Shown: piece after piece, positions 1-13,149 of the stretch
How the letters are laid out: every line of letters begins with the position of its first letter
How positions within the stretch are numbered: the stretch's first letter is position 1
DNA from: Tubiluchus corallicola
Lineage: Eukaryota; Animalia; Priapulida
DNA: 64,000 nucleotides
Direction: 5' to 3'
Assembly (NCBI GenBank): GCA_030141605.1
Contig: JAQGDQ010000305.1
Location: 186,001 to 250,000 of the forward strand
Notes under the pieces: generated by a model
Database searches by the model: none
The model's input: the letters and a program-made list of their open reading frames with translations, nothing else
Told to the model about the DNA's origin: nothing
Made by a program: the position numbers and the translations under genes

Positions 1-616
1 TCTAAATGAAGAGGTAATCTAAGGCTTTGCACAATATAAGTAATTAGCACTATTTTCACATTGTCTTCAGCACTTTTTTATATTGGCAGTTTAACTACAA
101 AGTAAGCACAATTCACGTATGTGATACGTGAAGTCATTATCGAGGTAGATGTAGGTTAAGTGACAGGCAAATGCACCTAATTTTGATAATTAAAATTTTC
201 GTGTCCAACATGCTGATATGAGTCCATTTAATGTTAACATAAAGAGTTAATTAACATTGTAATTATATAAATTTTTGTGAGACTATATATATTTTGTGAG
301 AAAAATTGCAGTCTTGCGCAAAGAAAATTCCAAACCTATGCTATTATGTAAATAACAGTCAAGTAAATTTAAGATTAAAGTATGGTTGTACTGTAGTTCT
401 AAACGAAAATGTAAAGTTAAAGGTAAAAAACTCCTTTAAAGATTACGTTTTAAGATACCTGTTATAGATTCTTGCAACACCGTATATTGTGATATATTAC
501 AAGTGGATACTACAAAGTTGTATTTCTATAGATATGTTACTTTACTAACACCCCATTATCTGTTTTACTAACACCCTGTTGTCCTTGTAAGCTGTATAGT
601 TTTATGCGAAATGATC

Positions 617-736
<120 letters not shown>

Positions 737-1039
737 TGTGTAAAAAATCTTAAAAACAGCTACTTCTGCGGAATCAGTATTTATAATTTTTTGTGCTGTT
801 AATAAATAATAATATGAAAAATATTTAATCAAAATTTTTATTAAAATTTAATCAGAATAAACCTACAGTTATTAATTTCTTGTGACAAAAGAAGACAACT
901 TAAGACAAGATTGTACACGACACGCCCACAATTACTTAATTTTTGATATCAAACTTGAAAGAATAAAATGTGTAAAGGAGGAATCCAGCATAGATTTCAA
1001 ACTGGGATTATCAGATTTCAACCAAAAAAACTTCAGCTA

Positions 1040-1260
1040 TGAGATCAGATGAGATGAGACAAGACGAGACCAGACAAGGACAAGACAAGATAAGATCTTT
1101 ATTAAAACTCTATAGCTACAATGAGCCATACGCTCCGTTACATCCAGGTCGAGTGTACTAAAACGATACAAAATATAAGTAAACAAAAACATGCAAAATG
1201 AAATACAAATTAAAACCATACAATCTATGCATGCAGTTACGAAATTATCCAAAAAATAAA
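1040..1260 (-). mobile_element. Retroposon (LINE/SINE) 3' end with pentamer tail
   Basis: Degenerate (CAAGA/TGAGA)n run followed by ctttatt (AATAAAG on the - strand), the layout typical of L2/CR1-group 3' tails. Confidence 0.4.
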
Positions 1261-1350
1261 AGATTTAAAAGATTTTGTTTTTGAGGTTTAAGTTCGATTG
1301 ATAAAATAAATATAAATTGATTAAAAAGAAAAAATTCACCATATGTAATC

Positions 1351-1367
1351 TGTGTGTGCGTGCGTGC

Positions 1368-1400
<33 letters not shown>
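1351..1400 (+). repeat. (TG)n/(TGCG)n microsatellite
   Basis: Directly visible. Confidence 0.95.
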
Positions 1401-1404
<4 letters not shown>

Positions 1405-2559
1405 TGTATAAAAAGACCAAATTTATGAATTTAAAAGCACGTACGTAGCAATATAATTGTAAGCTTACAAGCACATAGTCTTGACCACAAATTAATAGTC
1501 AGATAATTTTACTAACTCAAGCTAAAATATTTTATACGCTCTTAGTTAGATAAATGAGTCTGCGGCTGTCTGAACCTGTTTGAAATCAGTGACAAATAAA
1601 ATATCTAAGTAAGTACCATTGTATAATTTCTTGTCGCTTTACTGTTTAATTAACCATGTCAGCCACAGTTTAATTTCCATTTAGTCCAATATTCTGAGTT
1701 TCAAAATAATACGACTAAACACGTAAACAACACAAATAAATAACAACGGGCACAAACACAAAATACATCAAAAGCAAACAGAAAACAAAGACTAAAAAGA
1801 AAACGTAGATGAAAATTTTTGTACGCTCACATGTTACAATTGCAGCGATACACGACAGCAGTCATAGCACGACGCAAGATCTTAAGACAAAGCGCGAAAA
1901 ATTGTTAAACAAATAATTAACTAACAAAATCAAGACCTTTCAGTGGCCGGGAATGGGAAAATCCGTTGAAGCTGCAGCCGGGACTTCTGCAAGTCTTTTT
2001 TAATTTTAGTACAGTACTACACAAAATTATATTTGAGCTGTCGAATTTTGATTTAGAAATACACATACAGGAAAGCATGGGTCTGCTGCACGTTGTTAAT
2101 ATAAAAACTGTTCTAAATTTTACAATCACACAGCATTTTTTCCAAAATAATAAGATTATTCCACTTTCGTTTGAATTCGGTGGAATTTTCTGTACAATAA
2201 AACATTCGATCATTTAAGAAATTTGTTTGAAAGAAAAATGTCTCGTATGTGCTGCAATAAAAACCACTTACGTTCAGATAATTGGCTTACACAAAACCAG
2301 GAATAAATAAAACGCGAACTATATAGAATTTTTATGTTTTTATATACGAAATCTTACCTTGACACGAAAACGAAAACCAGAATAAGCGCACACGACATTT
2401 CATTGGTAAACTGCATTTTAATAAAATTTTCTGAACCACAGCAAGATTAAGTTCATTTTTCAGCTACTACTTTTTACTGTAATTAAACCTTACTGTTTTC
2501 GCTAAATTCATGATCAAATTAAAACTGAGTCAGTAACATCATTTATGGATACCATAAAA

Positions 2560-4798
<2,239 letters not shown>

Positions 4799-5718
4799 GG
4801 CGTTATTAACTTTAGCTTGAAGTTCAAGTTTTTAACTGTAATATTGAATCTCCACGTTTTGTTTGTTAGTCTGATTACTGCGTTATAATTTTGTTAGTTG
4901 CAGGACACGCTACTGAAATCAAGTGTACAACAAGCGGCTGAATGCTCACCGGCTTATAAAATACTTATGGTTTTATGGTGGCTGTGTTGAAGCTAAACTG
5001 ACAGAACGAGAACAAACTGTCATAATAATGCACAAAAAACTCCAAACAAAGCAGCCTTAAGGTCTAGGTTGTCTTTGTGGGAATGGACTTTTATTACACT
5101 TTATAACATGCTTGAAGGTATTAATAGTCGATTCTAAGAAAAGTCCCTAATCATTCTTACAATGAGGCATTAATAATGAAGATTATATTAATGATCTCAC
5201 TAACTTCACAAGTGTGATTTTGTCGCAAGCAAACTTAACAAAGCCCAGTTGTACTATCTGCAATTGTGTTGTAATGAAGAGTTTTTTATGTCAGGTATAT
5301 TCTTCAGTTGTCAGAAAACATGTTTGTACTCACATGTTTTGTTTGGAATTTCTCCACTGCCCCATATAATTTTTAAGAGCATAAATTTCTTGGCATCTAT
5401 TTCGAACTTCGAAGTTTTACTGTCGTTCTCTTAGTGTGCTAATTTATGGACATGCTCTCTTTCACATGGCTCGCAGTTGCTTTTTATTGTCTCGTAAAAC
5501 CAATTGCTTCTTCGACTTTTAATTCCAAAATTAATAATTTGCTCTACATCTTTACAATACATACGTAAATCAACCTTGTTTGTAATCAACTATTCGCAGA
5601 AACTCAGTTAAGAAGCTTAATGTCACCAAATCGCTCACTAGTGCATGGTGTACTAAAAATAGACCTAACATTTTCCGTTTTCGAAGAACTTGCATTTTGA
5701 GAAATGCGCACAAGCTAT

Positions 5719-7960
5719 TTAAGTATTTTTCTCATAACAACATGTATATTGTGCGTCAAAAACTACATTCGTCGTTCTTGAATTTTCGTTCAAAATCTCA
5801 CATGTTGAATTTGAAGCACGGTAAGTAAAAGCTAGGCATTCGATGTCTAAGTCACACATTTCGGCGCAGACGCTAGGCGTCGCTGCGATCTCGTTCGTCG
5901 ATGTTCCCATCAAATATCCGGGTTCGAATTTCACGTATCCTTTTAGAGGAGGACAGCCTTTCTCCTCCTCGTAGTAGCAAACTCCAGAAGTTGCCAAGAA
6001 ACTTGTCTCGTTTTCAGTGTCGGCAGACATCACACAAGTCAAAGTTTCTACATGAAAGTCAAAAGATCTGCATTCGTTGCTAGAGTTGCATGCATCAGCA
6101 CATTGGTTTGCACTCGTGTTGTTCACCATAATTGCGTCTCCTCCTCTATCACCCAAACTACCTGGTTCAACTAGACCAAAAGCTTTAATAACAGGACACA
6201 GACGTTCGTAATAGCAGGACCTCTTTGCCACATTCAGCCCTGCATCATTCTCACCTTTGTCGGACAATGTACATGTTTCAGCATCGATGTTATAATTGAA
6301 TGATTTGCATTTGGAACTTCTTCGACACGCAATCCCGCAAGCAGCTGCTGTGGTGCTGACGATTGTCGCAATCTGGACACCTTCGATCATCATGTCTGCC
6401 ACAGTTTTATACCCAGTTATTTGGGAACATTCATTGAGCACGAATTTCTTCTGGTAATAACAATAATTTACGTTTAATTCTAGAGAGCTGGTGTTCTGTG
6501 CTTCAGCGTGTGACAATATGCATATCCCAGGCTCTCTTCTGTCAAAGTCAAAGGAACTGCATTTTCTTCCGCATGCATTGACACACTCGACGAGGGAGGA
6601 AGGTGAGATTGCTTTTACTGAATTGATCCTGTTTTGAAGTCGCGCACCAGTAACGATGACAAAACCTGTCACATCGCATACGTTGCAGGAAGTGGTTGGC
6701 TCTTTTTCGTAGTAGCAATAGCTTGGATCATGGAAAATGGACAGGCCAACATCAGCTGTATTGTGCTCAGATAGAATACAACTGCCATTGATGACATTAA
6801 AATCAAAGGAGTTGCAACTGGAGTTACTCATGGCTTCACACTCGTTTGCGCAGCTGGACACATTAGAGTCAGCTATGACTTTTGCAATAGTGGGCCTGTT
6901 GCTTAAACGTAGTTGAAAACTAAGAGAAAATGCGGGCACCCTTGGACAAGGCCGGCTGTGAACGTTTTTCTCATAATAACAGAAATTTTCGCTGTTTCCT
7001 ATCAAGGTTCGCGCCTCATCTGTTGAAACATCCATTGATACGACACACATTGACGCGCTTGTTTCGAAGTCGAACGAATTGCAGCTTGGATCGGTCTGCA
7101 GGGTGCAAAGTCCGGCACATTCTTCTGCGTATTTATTGAGGAAAGTCTTAGGTCTGGCTCGGCCGTTTAACCTCCCACCACGAGTCACGCTGAACCCGCT
7201 GACTATGGGACAAGGTATTCGGGGTTTAATAAATAATGACGGGTCAGAAGATGGTGACGAAGGGTCGTCGTTAGCCAGTAGAGATATGTCGTTAGCGAAT
7301 ATGGGCCTGTTGCTGTTGATAATACTAATGCGATTATCATCGATGCTACTGATAAATGGTCTTGACGGATCATTGGTTGTAAATAGGGAAGGATTGTCTT
7401 CAATAAAAAACGGCGATTCATCATTTACTGGCAGCGTATTCACATAGTCGTAATCAAAAGCAGCTGTAAAATAAACAATGTAGAAAATAAAGAAAGATAT
7501 CTTTACAGAATATTATTTTCCTATCAGCAAACTGACAAATATGCCTAAATGTTAACAGCAGCGGTAGAATATAAACGATATTTCTGGTACAGGTGCCATA
7601 GTCTTTGACCATTTGCCACTTTTGCTTATCTTTTTGTGTCATATTTTTGTATTAAGACAACACCGTCCATTCGACGATGTCATAATTCATGATGGCTCAA
7701 TCCAGGAGAGAAAAACGTCAAACATTATGGTAGCAGGTGTGTTAGAAAGATTGTTTTCGATCAATGAACACGATTACCTGCCGTAGGTCTGCAGTGTGCG
7801 TAGTGCCCCTCATTGACTATCGTGTAGCCAGAACTACAGACGCAATATCTGTAAGGAAAACGCATGCCATACTGATGTACACTGAAGGCTGTACTCTCAC
7901 AATGGCTGTTACTGTCCATACATTGAGCACTTACAAAGCATCGGTCTCCCAGTCGGGCAT
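5719..7960 (-). CDS. Extracellular-type protein with six tandem PAN/apple domains, preceded by an EGF-like fragment and a low-complexity linker (5' end unresolved)
   Basis: Terminal exon 7463-5719 (acceptor tttattttacag) is open for ~580 codons, with six modules C..(G/A)F/Y...C-x3-C...C-x-SFDF...C-x-LS...CYYE. Upstream exons 7848-7778 (YCVCSSGYTIVNEGHYAHCRPTA, donor gtaatc) and 7960-7935 (MPDWETDA, donor gtaagt) splice in frame. No signal-peptide exon was identified. Confidence 0.88.
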
Positions 7961-9456
7961 CTATTTAAAAGAAAAGAATAACCCAATAACATGGAAATAA
8001 TTTTTAATAACAAGATATAGAACTCAATAGTAAATTCTGATAAATAGAAAATCGATAAAACAAAGACAAGATTTTTGTCTTTATCATGGGTTTCTTCTAT
8101 TTAAAAGACTACGCTAATTTAATTACTTTGATTTAATTTCACGATCTGTTTATATCATATCATGTTCATATTTACTTGTCTTAAACAGGTCTTTCAGTCA
8201 TTAATATGACAGCTATTTTTATATTTTAAGCGGACGGAATTAGAATTAAATAGCTCTTAAATAGTGTACAAAACTGACACAGCTCTCTGAAGAATTTAAC
8301 TAGACTGGCTAATGCAGTGGAATGCATGACTTTGCCTTATTTTTCAATAATGTAAAGCAGTCTCAGGCTTTCCAATACATTTTGCTGTTGTTTCTTTCTC
8401 ATTAATTACGTTCAAGTGTACTTCTTTTTAACCTATTGTAGTTTAATCTCATTACAATACGTCCAAGAATACTAAAAATTCTATCGAAATATTTTACTTT
8501 ATTTGATGAAAAGCATAATTACATGGAACAATTTTATAGAACATTTTGCCTAATTTTTTTCATCAAGTTTTATGGAAAAAATTTTGCTGATTCGCGACAA
8601 ATTTGTTTTATTACGAGATCCGAGCCCGTATCCGTATTCTATCCTAGATGTACGCTGGTTGCAAGTTCTTGTCTTTTAACATCAACACCAAAATTTAGAT
8701 ATTTGATTAACTAGTCATTAAGTACTCTGATGACACCTCTCGTCAGGGAAGTACAGGGTTCCATAATGCCACTTCCTCGGAAAGGAATTGTCTCGTCCCT
8801 TACGAAGCCTGTTCATGTGAGGCCCTAACTAATTTGATATGCACAGTCTTCTGTTGCATAGAGGACGCAAGAAAAGTTTCCTGACAAGTTACATCAGAGT
8901 CTAAGTCTGTATATCTATCTTCGTCCAATGGTGTCTTCGTAGATCTATTTTGGCTAGAGGACACCAAAATAGGCTCTTTTACAGCAATACTTTTTGCAAT
9001 GATATCAAAATCAAGGTGAGTCTTCACAAATGCAGGATTTAATTACCATCTAAATAATTAAGCCATTTATATTTCTGCCTCCGGTTGTTACACTGCTGTG
9101 TCCTAAAAATAGGAAAAAGAACATATTGTAACCAATCTTTATAATACCAAAGTATGTAACATACGCAAGTGGGTATATTATTGCTAACTGTCGTAGATAC
9201 ATAAAGCACACAAATACCTAACTTGCTTATCACTTTCCTGCCAGTATGAGCAGTTATGAACAACAAGCGAATATGAGACAACGAGGTAATATGAAACAGA
9301 AGTATAGAATCTTTCAACTAAACAAGGCTCTTCTACTGCATTTACCTGTAACAATTTTTCATGGTGAAGAGGCCTATGGAGGCTTAAACTCCCGTTTAAT
9401 GAACTTTGATTTCTGTGCTTGAAGAATCAAATTTTTGGTTATAGTCATTTTAATAA

Positions 9457-9641
<185 letters not shown>

Positions 9642-9700
9642 GCTTTTGCAAAAGCATTTTCTCATTTCAAACACCGACCTGACCAACATGTTTTATTTAG

Positions 9701-9905
9701 TTCGGGCTCTGCAAGTTGAAGTTCAAAGCCTCAAAAACAAAGCTGCTTGATATAGATCTTTCAAATCCTGAAGGGTTCGAACCTAGCTCACTATCATGGC
9801 TAATTTAAAGGAGAAGAAAAGGCAAGTTTACTGTATGTCCCAAAAAACTTTCCATACAAAGTTATGTTACTTGGCAATAAGGTTGACTGCTTGAAAGACA
9901 TGTAA
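9701..9905 (+). pseudogene. Degenerate Rab/Ras-type small GTPase exon fragment
   Basis: After acceptor ttttatttag: FGLCKLKFKASKTKLLDIDLSNPEGFEPSSLSWL, then a frameshift, then ...PKNFPYKVMLLGNKVDCLKD. This matches the Rab pattern F..L...FYRGA..LLVYDITN..SF..L..W...P.ILLGNKxD (G4 box). No P-loop found. Confidence 0.3.
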
Positions 9906-10593
9906 CTAGAAAAGAAAAATCTAATAATTTAAATCTATTAATTTAATAATAGAAAAGGAAAGAATCATTTAAAATGTTCGCACCATCTGGTAAAACGTCA
10001 CTCACCTTCCCTGTGTATACCACTGACTCACCAAAAACAGTATTTTAATCTTATTGACAAAATACAGTAAATTATACCTTTGCTTAGTTAGTGAAGTGTG
10101 CGCTACAAATGATCTGATTATTTTTTAAATCTTTACACAGTGTTATCTAAACTTATTTCAATTGACGTACCCACAAAATGGCTGCACCTAAAGGTCATCG
10201 CGGTGTTTAAATTTCAATTGTTTTTATTAAGGTTTACTGCTAATACAAGCTCTCTGCGTAATAGATCAGCACGCAGGTGATACAAAATTTTAAGATGTTT
10301 TAGCTTTATGTGGGTAAAGGGCTTTCTTGTGCTTTTAAAGCTACACACTGAATCGTCAGATAACGCTCTCTCGGCCACATTCGGAAGATAAATGCAGATC
10401 ACTTCTGCGTGAGATAAACTACAGGGGGCAATAATACAGGTGAAATCACTCAAAAACAAAATTTAATGAACATCCATTCTCTTTCTGAAAAGGCTTAAGC
10501 ATGGCTTAGTTGTTCCCCTCGTCCCATACGAATTCTTCTCACCTTTACTCAATTTTTACTAGCATGTAAATTATTTCACAGCTAAGAAACAAT

Positions 10594-10767
10594 TTAAGAA
10601 ATTGCACGTATTAACATACAAGCGATGAGAATTTCGTCCAAGGAATCTGTCGTATTTGTACGGCTTCCTGCAAGATGCTGTGTATGTTTGCTGTATGTTG
10701 TAGTCTTCGATGCTAACATCATTCTCGTAGACAAGATATTGGTAATCCTAAAACAGAGTGAATTTAG

Positions 10768-10810
<43 letters not shown>

Positions 10811-10960
10811 TGTTTGTGTGTGTGTGTGTTCAAAAGATGATGGTGGTGCATGTGCATGATGATGGAAAAAATACCGTAAGAATTCGTCACTTGCAATAAT
10901 TATAACTTCAGAGAAAATACTTTTTAGCATTGTTATCAGAACTGAATTTTCGATCCATAT
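10594..10960 (-). mobile_element. Dispersed (CA)n-bearing repeat, copy A (possibly a Helentron-associated non-autonomous element)
   Basis: A ~70-bp core (10851-10920) is near-identical to 50623-50697 in the opposite orientation, and both are followed by (CA)n. Confidence 0.6.
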
Positions 10961-11832
10961 TAATTTTACAAATAATTCAACTGAAATCTTGATAAAAGTG
11001 AAATGAAAGCAAATCTTTAACTAGTTTTAACTATTTTAATTTGGTTACCAATTACGTTGGTGCAGAAACTAATTGAGTTATCAGCAATCAGCAATATAAT
11101 TTCGGGCTCATTCCACCATCTATATAAGTGCTGGATTCTGTTGTTTTGAAAAGTTGTAAACAACAAAATATTCGATTAATTTAGTTGAACAGTTATAAGA
11201 AAACAGCTAATTTCTTTCCAGTAATTGTTTCTGCAAATTCTGAAAACTCGCCAATTAAAGTGAGTTTATGGGTAAATGCTTTCAAGACACAAAATGTCGT
11301 GATCTCTGCTAGATAGAGAAAAAAGAGCTATACCTTTGAGTGTTCATCAAGATACGAAAATTCTGCTACAGTGACAGCGTTACAATATAAAATACAATAC
11401 ATAAGCCTAAATTGATCCCGTCATCCATAGGCTATATAGTCTGTACGGAAATCACCAAAAACCCTTGAACTTTGAGCAAATGCCCGGCCTGTCGGTTTAT
11501 AAATTATTGCATTCAGTAACAGTGTTATAAAACATTACGTTTTCATAATACATTCTTGTACCCGGAGAATCGAAAGGAATGACCAAATTTATAAAGTGTC
11601 TTCCGGTTCCTCGTGTTACAGCAGATGACGTAGGGTAGTAATTGAACACTCGAGCGTCGTAATGTGCAGTCGATACTTTACCAAAGAAGTTGTCTTTGAA
11701 TTTTATTTCCACGGCCATGTGCTCACATGTGAAGAAACACGTGACCTCAAATCCTGAAAGGAAACTGTAGATTTTGATTTTCAGTTAAAACAAAATTTCA
11801 ATTGCAATTTCGTTCGAAGGGCGAGAAGTTAC

Positions 11833-12150
11833 CAGAGAAAGAAGATGAAAGAAGGCAGCAGAATGAGAAGTAGTGGAAGAAAAGAGGAAAAAGCAACAAA
11901 ATGATAGAGGCTAGAACACAGAGGGGAGTAGAAATGGGGGAGTATGCTGGGAGACTGGGAGGAACCGGGAGAGAAAACGAAATGGAATAAGAAATGGAAG
12001 AGAGAGAGAGAGACAGAGAGAGGAAGAGAAATAGGAATAGAGAGAGAATAAGAAGGAAGAGACATAAAAAAGGTATGTGAAAGAAACGCACTGAGAGGGG
12101 AAAAAGGAAAGAGAATGGCGAGGAAGAAAGAGAAAATGAAGAAGAAAAGA
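11833..12150 (+). repeat. Purine-rich (GA) low-complexity tract
   Basis: ~320 bp strongly dominated by A/G on the + strand; gives spurious F/L/S ORFs on the - strand. Confidence 0.9.
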
Positions 12151-13149
12151 GTACTCGGTGAAAACTCCCCCCAAATAGTAATTATTTGGGCATTATTGTA
12201 TGGTTCTTTTTGCTTTTGACCTGAAAATAGTTCACAGTCCAGTATTTTTATTTCTTTAGTGTGTTCGTGTTGTGTTTTTTAAACTGGAATTATTTATTTC
12301 AGAAGTCGTAATTTGAGAATAATAATGCCTAGATTTTACCTATTGATTACATGATAATAATAATAATAGGAGTTTCCAGGTTACCTGTGACACTATTGCG
12401 GAATGTACGCGGTACCTGTGATCTGTAGTTACTCCACTGGTCACCATGGAGGCTCAACCGTCTCACGAAATTTTCAATTGGATTTCTGCTGGTTCGGTGC
12501 GAATGTTGGCGGTAATTACTTGCCGTTGTTAACTGGAATCTAAGTAAGAACATACATAAGGGCGTGCTTACATTTTGCATGGGTAATGGCGACGGAAGAC
12601 GGTTAGAGCGATCAAAACGATTCTAACATTTTGTGATGATTATATTATGCATTACCTGTCTATAACAACCTATAGAGCAATCTAACAGCAGTCCAAACAG
12701 TCTATATATTACAACCTCGTTTGCACAAAATTTTTGACTAAAAATTTTTGTTTTTTAATAATTTGAAAAATTAATATACTGCGAGTTGTCCATATGCCCC
12801 CAATAGGTGAAATATTATGGGGACATAATGAACTTAGGAGTAGTGTACAGTATTAAACTTTGACGAACACTGACATCAAGAAGACCTTCTCCTTAACTTA
12901 GCGTGACGTAACGAAACATAAAATAACATAGCATTATAACATGACATGACATCACATTACATGACATCACATGCCGACACTGACGATACAACAACACAGC
13001 AACAGCTTAGCATAGCATAAAAATCGCAAACACGCTGCTCAATTTAAATTCATTGTTTCTTTGGTATTTCAAAAACTATAATCCTTATACTTTGCCAAGC
13101 CCCTACAGGGCCAGGAGCAAGGAACGGCCAATCTGTTTTTAAATAACTA

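Larger units (their letters stand above)
10214..12539 (-). pseudogene. Decayed cuticlin-like ZP-domain gene
   Basis: Exon 12539-12385 splices in phase to exon 11753-11334: GFEVTCFFTCEHMAVEIKFKDNFFGKVS...RGTGRHFINLVIPFDSPGTRMYYENVMFYNTV. This resembles the ZP-N consensus V.C....M.V...F...F.G.V...L.IPF..CGT...Y.NTV, with cysteines lost. Removing 10 nt restores NTVIIYKP, and an in-frame TGA follows. A ZP-C-like FTCIIAPC lies at ~10420-10445. Confidence 0.5.

Noticed and set aside
1831-1880. In-frame TGA as selenocysteine or readthrough
   Set aside because: Other exons of the same model contain TAA and TAG stops, and no SECIS was seen, so decay is the simpler explanation.
5901-7447. + strand ORFs overlapping the PAN exon
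   Set aside because: Antisense shadows of a GC-richer coding exon.
8725-8760. CTGATGA followed by a hairpin (hammerhead ribozyme?)
   Set aside because: No GAAA after stem II, and stems I and III could not be built.
11798-12174. Hydrophobic F/L/S-rich ORFs
   Set aside because: Reverse translation of the polypurine tract.
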